Positions 9,626 to 18,737 of a stretch of DNA of 60,756 nucleotides are shown in pieces. The translations under genes and the position numbers were made by a program. This DNA comes from an uncultured Thermoplasmatales archaeon (lineage in GTDB: Archaea; Thermoplasmatota; E2; UBA202; DSCA01): contig CAZESS010000012.1 in NCBI GenBank assembly GCA_964514975.1, forward strand, positions 1 through 60,756, in the 5' to 3' direction. The notes under the pieces are model-generated. The model was not told where the DNA came from. It made no database searches and saw only the letters and a program-made list of their open reading frames with translations. The stretch's first letter is position 1; every line of letters starts with the position of its first letter.

Positions 9626-10450
9626 TCACGTGGTCTTCAGCTTGCCCAGGATGGGCTCGTAGATGGCGCCCTTGTCCATGAGCGAGGTCAGCGCCTCCTC
9701 GACCAGATGGCGGTCGAGCCCCTGCTTTGCAGCGTGGTCAACGATGTCGTCCCACAGCGCGCCCTCGTCGCCCTCGAGCTCCTGCACCGCCGCGAACACG
9801 CTTTCCTCCGCATCATCCATGTCCTCCTCGTAGTCGATGCGGCCGGAGCTGAAATGCGACAGTGCCTCCCTGAGCAGAAAGCGGTAATGCTCGACATCGA
9901 TGTCATCGTAGGCCTCGATGGCGGTGACAACGCCGCGCGCCAGCGCCGGTGGATAGCCGAGGTCGCGGAGCTTGTACTCCGACGGCGGGTTCATGTCCAG
10001 CCCCTCGGTCATGGCCTCCATTCGCTGCTGTGTCTGCCGCGCCGCCTCCACGATCCAGTAGTCGCGCATTGCCTCGTCGACCTCCCTGACCATCTCGGGG
10101 CGAACCGACACGAACAGGACGCCATCCTCCGGCTCATATGCCCGGGCCTTGCCGGCAACGGCCACATAGCTGGGGGTGTCCGCCTCGGAGAGAAAGGCGG
10201 CCGCCTCGGGTTGATATTCGCCCGCATAGACGGCGTAGATGCCCGTGGGATCGGAGATATGGGCGCGCCACATCTCGCCCTCCTGCGCTACGTTTTCAAC
10301 GTCGGTGAGCACGCCCACCAGGTACAGGCGGTTGACCAATGCGCCGAGCGGCGTCACCACGTACGAGGGCGACATCTGTTCCTCGCCCTCGATATGGTGC
10401 ATCGCGTCGTTGTACTCGCCGGCGAACACGCGCCATGCCGGCTCCCTCAT
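9626..10450 (-). CDS. RPA-associated protein (OB fold plus C-terminal winged helix, RPA32-like)
   Basis: REPAWRVFAGE, YVVTPLG..VNR, DPTG, C-terminal GAIYEP; 4-bp overlap with RPA gene; real start at 10450. Confidence 0.85.
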   Translation of the reverse strand: MREPAWRVFAGEYNDAMHHIEGEEQMSPSYVVTPLGALVNRLYLVGVLTDVENVAQEGEMWRAHISDPTGIYAVYAGEYQPEAAAFLSEADTPSYVAVAGKARAYEPEDGVLFVSVRPEMVREVDEAMRDYWIVEAARQTQQRMEAMTEGLDMNPPSEYKLRDLGYPPALARGVVTAIEAYDDIDVEHYRFLLREALSHFSSGRIDYEEDMDDAEESVFAAVQELEGDEGALWDDIVDHAAKQGLDRHLVEEALTSLMDKGAIYEPILGKLKTT

Positions 10451-11730
10451 GCTTCCCCCTCCAGCTGCGCAAGCAACTCGGCTCCCTGCTGCTGGATGTC
10501 CGGCTCGATGGGCTCGACCCGGTCGACGATGACCGTGACGCCATATTCGTCGGACAGCGCGTTGCCGCTGACATGCACGGGGTGCGCTATCAGCCGGTCC
10601 ATGATGGCCTGCTCGACAGCCTCGTTTCCTTGCTCCTCGGCCATCTCCTGGAACTCCTCCATCGAGGTGTCCATGAGCTTCTCGGTGACCTCGCGGTCCA
10701 TGATGGCGGTGACCGCACCGGTACCATCGTCGACGACGGCCTTGATGCGCAGGTCCGGCGTACCCTCGACCTCGCCGTCGATGACGCAGACCCCGTCCCG
10801 GAGCGCCCGGTTGCACTCGGGGCAGCGCTCGATGAGGCCGGAACCCCGCTGTATCTCGATGACCACGCCCTCCAGGGGCACGTCGACGCCGCCGCCGGTT
10901 TCCACGAGCTTGTACATCGGCTGGATACGGCTGCCAACCTGATCGACCGGCATGCTTTCGTCGAGCTGCTCCACCGATGCGTTTTCGTCGAACACGAGCT
11001 GCGGGGCGCCCTGCCAGGACTTGACGTAGGCACCGCTGATGCCGACGACGTCGCCCTCCGAGATGTCCATGTCCGCCCAGACCGTGTAGCGTATCTTGCC
11101 CGTCGGGTCGCCCAGGATGCCGCTGTACAGCGTTTTTGCCTCATCGTCGACGGTGACCTCCTGCTCCTCCATGCTCATGATCTTGCCCCGCACCGACACG
11201 TTGGACAGACCGGGGCGCAGGTCCGCGATGTCGTAGCGCTGCGGCTGCCGCTTTACCAGGTCGATGTCCTCGTCTGTTTTTTCCACGTCGGTCCATTCCG
11301 ATATGTTGAGGCGGGGCTGGCCACCCCATTCGCCCGCGTAGGCGTTGTCGATGCTGACGACATCGTCCTTTGTCAGATCGAAGTCCTTCCAGGCGGTGAA
11401 CGGCAGCACGGCTGTTTCATCGCCGATGAGACCCTTGTAGATGGTCCGGGTTTCACCCTTGACCTCGACCTCGCGCTGCTCGACCGTCACGATTTTGCCG
11501 GTGAATCGGAGGCGTCGGTCGCCGGGCGTGATGTCGCCGATTTTTTTCTCCGTGGCTGATGGCGCTGTTCGCGTGACACCGAACTTTTTGAGGACGGCCT
11601 GCTTCGCCTGGTCGACGGGCACGCCGTACTCGATGAACTTTTTGAGGTTTTCCTCGACTTCTTCCTTGCTCGCTTCCTCGTCGAGGGCGTTGATAACCTC
11701 GTCAACGGCAGCGTCAATATCCTCTGTCAT
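10447..11730 (-). CDS. rpa: Replication protein A (multi-OB-fold ssDNA-binding protein with Zn finger)
   Basis: Repeated OB folds (GDETA..FTAW, GDPTG..YTVW, DDGTG) and RCPECNR..C knuckle. Confidence 0.9.
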   Translation of the reverse strand: MTEDIDAAVDEVINALDEEASKEEVEENLKKFIEYGVPVDQAKQAVLKKFGVTRTAPSATEKKIGDITPGDRRLRFTGKIVTVEQREVEVKGETRTIYKGLIGDETAVLPFTAWKDFDLTKDDVVSIDNAYAGEWGGQPRLNISEWTDVEKTDEDIDLVKRQPQRYDIADLRPGLSNVSVRGKIMSMEEQEVTVDDEAKTLYSGILGDPTGKIRYTVWADMDISEGDVVGISGAYVKSWQGAPQLVFDENASVEQLDESMPVDQVGSRIQPMYKLVETGGGVDVPLEGVVIEIQRGSGLIERCPECNRALRDGVCVIDGEVEGTPDLRIKAVVDDGTGAVTAIMDREVTEKLMDTSMEEFQEMAEEQGNEAVEQAIMDRLIAHPVHVSGNALSDEYGVTVIVDRVEPIEPDIQQQGAELLAQLEGEA

Positions 11731-11790
11731 GATTCCCCAGAAATGTATCAGCAGATGGCTATAAAGGTTTTGAGGACTGCCCCGCCGTGA

Positions 11791-12739
11791 TTACATGGAG
11801 AGCAGATGCCATACCAGCTCCGCAAGCGTCTCGGCATAAAACTGTTCAGCGGCGACGGTGTCGCTCATCTCCATCCAGTCATGTCCGTCCCCGGTAAACG
11901 ATACCAGGGACACATAAGTGGTGTTGCGACCGCCGGGATATCGGGCGAGATGGATGGCGCCGGAGCTGCTGTTCTCCCGTATCGGCGGCGTGCGACAGCC
12001 GATGGCGTTCACCCAGAATCCGATGGACGTGTTCACCGATAGATGTGCATACGCGCGGGATTTCTCCCCGTGGCCGCCGTCGTAGGGCACATGCATATCA
12101 TGATAGCCATGGACGTGCACGACCGTGCAGGCCTCCGATGGCTCGGGGATGACCCACAGCGGGTCGTCCCTGTACATTTTACCGCCAATCGAGGCGGACA
12201 CCGGGGCGACAGCCGTCAGCATCCCGGGATATTCGGCGGCGAATCGGTAGGCCATCATCCCGCCGTTGGAATGCCCCGTCATATATATTCGGGATGACGC
12301 GACGGGATACCGCTCCTGGAGATGCACAAGAAGCCTACGAAGAAATGCAACATCATCGACATCCTGCTGATGGCTATATGTGTCCAGATACCCCCGAATT
12401 CCAGGTGTGCCGCCGAAACCTGAAACGCCCGACGCCGTCAGGATATGCCACGATGAAACCATGGATGTCGGCGACCGCATCGAAGCCCCGTGTGCCCCGG
12501 AAATGCCGGGCGCTTCCCCCGCCGCCGTGCAGCGCAAGGAGCAGCGGATACGTCTCGTTGGCGTCATAGCCATCCGGGAGATGAAGGAGGTACTGGCGCT
12601 CCCGTCCGTCGACCATGATGTGCCCATATGATGCGGCCATGTCCCGGCGGTGCTGGTATACCGTATACATGCCGGCCAGGATGAGCAGCGCGATGATGAG
12701 CAGGCCGCCAAGGGTGCCAAACGTGGCCTTCCATCGCAT
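11791..12739 (-). pseudogene. PHB-depolymerase/LpqC-like esterase split by a +1 frameshift
   Basis: 5' part (LHGGGG, AYPDG, TWNSG) and 3' part (DDVAF, GHSNGG, HG..D, GH.W) lie in different frames; removing one G of the G5 run at 12391-12395 joins them. Confidence 0.8.
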
Positions 12740-12775
12740 TGACCCGACAACGACGTGCGGGATAAATAGGTTGGG

Positions 12776-13978
12776 CTATTCCGTGGTCACGATTGTCCCG
12801 TTGCGACGGTGCTCAAGCGCCAGCGTCGCGAAGAGCGTCGCGGCAGCGACGCCGAGCAGCAACGCGAGCACCAGGAAGGGCATCTCGAAGCCATACTGCG
12901 TGGCTGCGTAGCCCACGACGGCAGAGGTGGGACTGCCCACCAGGATGTTCACCGAGCGGTAGAATCCGAGCTTTCCGGCGCGGCCCTTGACCTCCCACTG
13001 GTTCATCAGGTAATGGTTGTGCACCAGGAACACGCTGGTGAAGGTGGACAGCAGGAAGCTGACGGCGAGCACCGCCGGAAACATCTGGATGTGGACGATG
13101 GCGACGATAGCGGCGGTGCCAAGAGCGGTGAGCACCCCGACGATGAGCCGCGGGCGGTAGGTATCCGACAGGCTGCCGATGATGGGCTTCCAGATGAACC
13201 CGCCGAAGATGAGAACGGCGAACGAGATGCCGGCCTCCAGGCTGCTGAACATCTTTTCCTCGATGAGATAGGTCGGAAAAAACGAGGTGAAGCCCATCCA
13301 GACGAAGATAACCGTCAGGTTGACGAGGAATACGAACACCGTGGTTTTGTCGAGGAAGACGGAGAATCCATCCTTGAACCGCTCGACCACGTCGACATGC
13401 GAGGGCAGCCGGGTGGACTCGCTGGACAGCAGCCAGAACAGGTAGGCGCTCGCCAGGCTCACCACTGCCCATGCCACAAAGAACAGGCGCCACTGGTAGG
13501 CCGCGATGACCGGCACCACGACGGGCATCAACCCGGCGACGCTGCCGGCGCTGCTCTGGATGCCCAGCGCCTTCCCCCGCTCCTTCCGGTAAAAGTCGGA
13601 TATCATGGCGATGCCCGCGGTGGGAAAGCTGCCGGCGCCGATGCCGAGCAGGACGAGGACGGCCAGGAACATGACCGCGTGGACGGACACGCCGATGAGC
13701 AGGTATGCGATGGCGAAGGACAGCATCGCCAGCGTCAGCGTGATCTTCCGGCCCCGGATGTCCGAGAAGATGCCCGAGGGAAACTGCATCAGCCCGTAGA
13801 AAAACCACATGCCGGTCATCCCTGCCCCTGCTATAGCATGGCTCATCCCGAAGCTGGCCTCGATGTCGACTAGGATGGTGGATATGCCGTACCTGCCGGA
13901 CAGGATGAGAAACCAGCCGATGGAGGCGAATATGAGCGCTATCTGCTCCTTGCCGAGGCGGGTTTCAAGGCGGGACAT
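12776..13978 (-). CDS. MFS transporter
   Basis: About 12 hydrophobic segments; motif A GIFSDIRGRK and GSLSDTYRPR; TATA at about 14001-14009. Confidence 0.9.
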   Translation of the reverse strand: MSRLETRLGKEQIALIFASIGWFLILSGRYGISTILVDIEASFGMSHAIAGAGMTGMWFFYGLMQFPSGIFSDIRGRKITLTLAMLSFAIAYLLIGVSVHAVMFLAVLVLLGIGAGSFPTAGIAMISDFYRKERGKALGIQSSAGSVAGLMPVVVPVIAAYQWRLFFVAWAVVSLASAYLFWLLSSESTRLPSHVDVVERFKDGFSVFLDKTTVFVFLVNLTVIFVWMGFTSFFPTYLIEEKMFSSLEAGISFAVLIFGGFIWKPIIGSLSDTYRPRLIVGVLTALGTAAIVAIVHIQMFPAVLAVSFLLSTFTSVFLVHNHYLMNQWEVKGRAGKLGFYRSVNILVGSPTSAVVGYAATQYGFEMPFLVLALLLGVAAATLFATLALEHRRNGTIVTTE

Positions 13979-14109
13979 GGCGATGGGCGAATAGCCCCTC
14001 ATATATAAATGTGGTGGAATGCCATCGCTGCCCTGTTTTTACGCCTGCCGTCTCGCCGGCCGGGGCTGCATACAGGCAAGTTAATATAAGCAGAGGAAAT
14101 TCCCGGGTG

Positions 14110-15540
14110 ATGGGGCAACAGACGGGACGTATGCGGCAGCTCGTCGGTCGCCTGCGCCGGGTAAAGCGGCCAATGCTGCTGCTGGCTGCGGTATGGCTCG
14201 TGGTGTACGTGCCGCTGGCCGTCGGCCTGAGCCAGGTGTTTCCCGAAAACAGGTATACCACCCGTCTCGAAACCGCCGACATACGAAACGAAACCGCCGA
14301 CATGGTGGTCTACGTCGACCGGGACACGCCGGCCGCTGCCATCCTGACCGTCAACGACACGGTGCAGCAGATGCGCGTGGAGGTGCAGGAGGGCTATGTG
14401 CCCGTCCACCTGGAGCTGCAGGGCTACGGACCCCTGTACAACGCCGCTCGTTTCGACGCCAACCGGACATGGACGCTGCCCCCTGACGCCGTCTCCGTTT
14501 TGAACGTCTCCTCGTCCATCTGGACGGTCAGCGTCGAGGAGAAACGGACCGACGTATTGTTCTACCGCGCCCGGGGCGAGGCGCTGCTGGACGGCAGGCT
14601 GCTCTACCGGGACGTGTTCACGGCCGCGCCCCCGCTCATCAACCTGTTCTGGCTGCTGCCCGTCATGCTCGGCGGCTCGTTTCTGGTGTTCCGCCTCTAT
14701 TTTGCCTGCTTTGCGCTCCTGCTCGGCGTGCTGCTGCTGCACTTCCGGCCCGATGGGAGGGCTCCGGCGGCGGCGCTGTTCGTACTGGTCAACCCGCTCA
14801 CCGTGTATTCGACGCTCCTCGGCGTGCAGGACGACGTCATCGTGGCGCTGTTCTACGGGGCTGCGCTGTACCTGCTTTTGCGGCGGATGATGACCGGGGC
14901 GTCGATGGCTGTCGGCGCGGCCATTGCGTGCAAGCTGTGGCCCGTGCTGCTGCTGCCGTCGCTGCTGCCCGATGCGGCGTCCTGGCCTAAAAAAATCGGG
15001 CGGGTTGCCCTGGCCGGCGGGATAGCCGCCGCGTCCATCGTTCCCTTTGCGGTGCTGGCACCCGGCGAAGTCCTGTCGTTTCTCCGGCTGTACGTGTCGG
15101 GGGACAGCGGCCAGCCGATGGAGGGCATAGCAGTGTGGCGGTATCTGGGCGAGCTCGGGTTTGACCCGGTCTGGATGGTTCCCGTGTTCGTGGCCGCCGG
15201 CGTGCTGCTCGCCTGGCTGGTGGTGCGGCGGCGGGCCGGCCCCGTGCAGACGGCGATGCTGTTTCTGCTGCTGTTTCTGCTGCTGTTCCCCAAGCTCCAT
15301 TCGGGCTACTATCTGCCGTTGCTGCTGTTCGTTCCCCTGCTGTGGCACAAAAAACGGATGGTGGCGGCCATCATGGCTGCTGCGCTCGGAGCCATCGCGC
15401 TCGATGGATGGAACTGGCTCGGCTGGCAGGAGCCGTTACCGGTTCCATTGCTGCTCGCTGGCGGCATGTGGCTGCTGCTCGTCTGGATGCTGGTCCACGT
15501 GCCCGGAAACGCTCAGGGGCTCGCCAGGCAGCGGTGGTAG
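14110..15540 (+). CDS. GT-C type (GT87/PIG-M-like) membrane glycosyltransferase with N-terminal extracellular domain
   Basis: LLYRD...PP, NP, QDD, K.WP motifs, many TM helices; next to GT2 and an epimerase. Confidence 0.7.
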   Translation: MGQQTGRMRQLVGRLRRVKRPMLLLAAVWLVVYVPLAVGLSQVFPENRYTTRLETADIRNETADMVVYVDRDTPAAAILTVNDTVQQMRVEVQEGYVPVHLELQGYGPLYNAARFDANRTWTLPPDAVSVLNVSSSIWTVSVEEKRTDVLFYRARGEALLDGRLLYRDVFTAAPPLINLFWLLPVMLGGSFLVFRLYFACFALLLGVLLLHFRPDGRAPAAALFVLVNPLTVYSTLLGVQDDVIVALFYGAALYLLLRRMMTGASMAVGAAIACKLWPVLLLPSLLPDAASWPKKIGRVALAGGIAAASIVPFAVLAPGEVLSFLRLYVSGDSGQPMEGIAVWRYLGELGFDPVWMVPVFVAAGVLLAWLVVRRRAGPVQTAMLFLLLFLLLFPKLHSGYYLPLLLFVPLLWHKKRMVAAIMAAALGAIALDGWNWLGWQEPLPVPLLLAGGMWLLLVWMLVHVPGNAQGLARQRW

Positions 15541-16490
15541 AGCTCCTGCTGTTTTTGGTACCAGTCAACGTAGCGGTGGAGGCCGTCCTCCAGCGTGACC
15601 TTCGGCTGCCAGCCCAGGAGACGGCGGGCTTTGTCCACGTCCGCCCAGGTGTCGGAGACGTCGCCGGCTATTTTTTCCTGATAGACCGGGTGGGCCGCGC
15701 GGCCGGTGATAGCCGACAGCAGGTCGAGCAGCTCGTTCACCGAGATGTGGCGCCCGGAGCCGATGTTGACCGTTTCACCCCATGGCTGCCGCTCGATGAC
15801 CCGGAGGTTGGCGTCGACGACGTCGTCGATGTAGGTGAAATCCCGTTTTTGCGTGCCGTCCCCGAACACCACGGGCCGTTCCCCGCCGAGTAGTTTCCGG
15901 GTGAAATGAAAGATGGCTAGGTCCGGGCGCATCCGGGGGCCGTAGACCGTGAAATAGCGGAGCGACACCGCCGGCAATCCGTAGACCCGGTGGAAGCTGC
16001 GCACGTATGCCTCGACGCTGAGCTTGCTCGCGCCGTAGGGGGACAGCGGGCGGCAGCACTGCGCTTCGTTGAGCGGCAGCCTGTCCGGCTCGCCGTACAC
16101 CGACGAGGAGGAGGCGTTGACGAAGCAGTCGACCTCGGCCTCCGTCGCTGCCTGGAGGAGATGCAGCGACACGTCCACGTTTTTGTGATGGGTGACAAGT
16201 GGCTCCGCGAGCGAGGCGCGGACCCCGGGGCGCGACGCCTCATGGAACACCATCTCGACCTGGTGCCGCCGCATGAGCGACCGCATGGCCTCGTAGTCGC
16301 CCGCGTCGGCCTGAACGAAAACGACGTCGCCGGTCTGCCGGACCATGTCCAGGTTGCGCTGTTTTATCTCCCGTGCATAGTATGAGTCAAAGTTGTCGAC
16401 GATGATAACGGTGTCGCCACGCTTCAGCAACGCCTCGGCGAGATGGGACCCGATGAACCCCGCCCCGCCCGTAAGCAGCGCAGTTGCCAT
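15513..16490 (-). CDS. NAD-dependent nucleotide-sugar epimerase/dehydratase
   Basis: TGGAGFIGSH, ASSSSVYG, YGASK, LRYFTVYGP, RDFTY. Confidence 0.93.
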   Translation of the reverse strand: MATALLTGGAGFIGSHLAEALLKRGDTVIIVDNFDSYYAREIKQRNLDMVRQTGDVVFVQADAGDYEAMRSLMRRHQVEMVFHEASRPGVRASLAEPLVTHHKNVDVSLHLLQAATEAEVDCFVNASSSSVYGEPDRLPLNEAQCCRPLSPYGASKLSVEAYVRSFHRVYGLPAVSLRYFTVYGPRMRPDLAIFHFTRKLLGGERPVVFGDGTQKRDFTYIDDVVDANLRVIERQPWGETVNIGSGRHISVNELLDLLSAITGRAAHPVYQEKIAGDVSDTWADVDKARRLLGWQPKVTLEDGLHRYVDWYQKQQELYHRCLASP

Positions 16491-16528
16491 TACCCATAAT
16501 ATAAATATTGTTTATAAATATACAGGCC
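16491..16528. promoter_or_regulatory. Compact bidirectional promoter
   Basis: 38-bp AT-rich gap between divergent start codons, with TATA-like boxes for both strands. Confidence 0.65.
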
Positions 16529-17455
16529 ATGCTCTCGGTCATCATTCCCGTCTACAACGAGGAGGCAAACATCGGGCCGCTCTACGACAGCCTGAAGCCC
16601 GTCCTGGACGGGCTGGGCGAACACGAAATCCTGTTCATCGACGACGGGAGCACCGACGAGACGTTTGAACGCATCGCCGCGCTCCATGAAAACGACGGCG
16701 AGGTCAGATGCATCCGGATGCGCCGCAACTTCGGGCAGACCCCCGCGCTGCTCGCCGGCTTCAAGGCCGCCAGGGGCGAGGTGGTGGTGACGATGGACGG
16801 CGACCTGCAGAACGACCCCGCAGATATCCCCCGGCTGCTCGACCAGCTGGACGGCCGGGACGTGGTCAGCGGCTGGCGCCGCAACCGGCGGGACACGCTG
16901 GGCAAGCGGCTCGCCTCGCGGTTTTCCAACTGGCTCGCCCGCCGCCTGACGGGGCTGTCGCTCCATGACTTTGGCTGCACGCTGAAGGCCTACCGGCGGA
17001 AATGTCTGGATGGCCTGGAGCTCTACGGCGAGATGCACCGTTACATTCCGGCGGTGCTCGCCTGGCGTGGATATCGCGTGGGTGAGACAACGGTGCAGCA
17101 TCATGAACGGGAGCGCGGGCAAACGAAATACGGCTTCGCCCGGCTGTTCCGGGGGCTCTTCGACCTCATCAACTTCAAGTTCTGGTCCGGGTTTTCCACC
17201 AGGCCGCTGCATTTTTTTGGCGCCGTCGGCCTGCTGCTTCTCGGCGCCGGGTTCGTCGTCAACCTCTACCTGCTGCTGCTCAAACTGTTGTACGGCACAG
17301 AGCTCTCCGAGCGACCGTTGCTGCTGCTCGGCGTCCTGCTCATGGTCATCGGCCTCCAGATCTTCATCTCGGGCTTCCTCGCCGAGATTATGGTGCGGAG
17401 CTACTATCTCGCCCGGCACGACAAAATGTACTCAATCCGGGAAACGCTCGGCTAG
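16529..17455 (+). CDS. GT2 polyprenyl-phosphate glycosyltransferase (DPM1/ArnC-like)
   Basis: SVIIPVYNE, DDGSTD, RNFGQ, DGDLQNDP, two C-terminal TM helices. Confidence 0.93.
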   Translation: MLSVIIPVYNEEANIGPLYDSLKPVLDGLGEHEILFIDDGSTDETFERIAALHENDGEVRCIRMRRNFGQTPALLAGFKAARGEVVVTMDGDLQNDPADIPRLLDQLDGRDVVSGWRRNRRDTLGKRLASRFSNWLARRLTGLSLHDFGCTLKAYRRKCLDGLELYGEMHRYIPAVLAWRGYRVGETTVQHHERERGQTKYGFARLFRGLFDLINFKFWSGFSTRPLHFFGAVGLLLLGAGFVVNLYLLLLKLLYGTELSERPLLLLGVLLMVIGLQIFISGFLAEIMVRSYYLARHDKMYSIRETLG

Positions 17456-17459
17456 CGTT

Positions 17460-18611
17460 TCAGAGCAGGGCCCGCAATCCCTCGGCGAGGCGGCGCATGC
17501 CCTCCCGCGCCGTGTCCTCGGCAAGGTTGCCGTAGGCGATGCGGAGCGACGGCTGGGCGGCGAAGGCCTCGCCCGGGATGGTCACCACGCCGTAGTCCTC
17601 GATGAGCCGGAGCGCGACGTCCCACGAGGCCCGGTCCGTGTCAAGCCGCAGGAGGAAATAAAAGGCGCCCCGGGTTTCGGGCAGCCGCACGCCGTCGATA
17701 CCTGCAAGGCCGTCGACGAACACCTCCCGAGCTTTCTCCATAGCCGGCAGAAACTGGCGGGGATACGCGCTGCCGACGTGCAGGGCGGCGGTGGCGGCGG
17801 CCTGCGACGGCCCCGACGGACAGATGGCGATGGTGTCCTGCACCTTGAGCACCTCGCGATAGACGTCGGCGGGCACGGCCATCGCGCCGATGCGGTAGCC
17901 CGGCATGCCATATGACTTGGAGAACGAAAACAGCGAGATGGTATGCTCCAGGGCGGCATCATACGAGGCGGGGCTGACATGCCGGGCATCATGGTACACG
18001 AAATACTCATAGGGTTCATCGGAGACATGGTAGATGCCATGGTCGGCGCAGAGCTCGTTGATGGCACGGAGCGTCTCCGGCGGATAGACGGCGCCTGTAG
18101 GGTTGTTGGGCGAAATCGTGACCACCATCCGGGTGTCCCGGCGGAGCGCCATCGCGATGTCGTCGGGGTCGGGAACGTAATCCCGTCCCGCCTGAACGAA
18201 GAGGGGGCGGCAGCCCGCCATCTGCACGGCCATGACATGGTTGAAATAGTATGGGGTGACGATGACGACGCTGTCGCCGACCTCCGTTGTCGCAAGAACG
18301 GCGTTGACGAATGCCTGGTTGGCGCCCGCCGTCGCGATGACGTTGTCATGTCGGCATGCCACAATGTCGTTGTCCCGGCGGAGCGTGTCCGCCATCGCCC
18401 TGCGCAGCGATGGATGGCCGGCATCGTCACCGTACCGGTAGCCATCTGGCGATGAAAGCACATCGGCCGCCGCCGAAATCGCCTCCTCAGGGGGCCCGAA
18501 AAACGGGACACCCTGCCCCAGGGATACGACGTCATCGGGCACGGCGGCCTGCTGAAGCAGCTGCTGGATCGGTGCATCCATCACGTCGGTTGTACGGGAG
18601 CGCTGCGGCAT
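17460..18611 (-). CDS. PLP-dependent aminotransferase class I/II
   Basis: SLGQG, AGANQA, SPNNPTG, SDE.Y, SFSKSYGMPGYRIG. Confidence 0.93.
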   Translation of the reverse strand: MPQRSRTTDVMDAPIQQLLQQAAVPDDVVSLGQGVPFFGPPEEAISAAADVLSSPDGYRYGDDAGHPSLRRAMADTLRRDNDIVACRHDNVIATAGANQAFVNAVLATTEVGDSVVIVTPYYFNHVMAVQMAGCRPLFVQAGRDYVPDPDDIAMALRRDTRMVVTISPNNPTGAVYPPETLRAINELCADHGIYHVSDEPYEYFVYHDARHVSPASYDAALEHTISLFSFSKSYGMPGYRIGAMAVPADVYREVLKVQDTIAICPSGPSQAAATAALHVGSAYPRQFLPAMEKAREVFVDGLAGIDGVRLPETRGAFYFLLRLDTDRASWDVALRLIEDYGVVTIPGEAFAAQPSLRIAYGNLAEDTAREGMRRLAEGLRALL

Positions 18612-18737
18612 GGGGCTGCATCTCGACCCTGCGTTATATGTTTTTTTGTATCCGTGTGGCCCTGCCCCGGCATGCTGTCTCCCGGCCCTGCGGATAAATA
18701 TAAAATTTATTATATACTCCGGGGCATCTCGTTCAGG

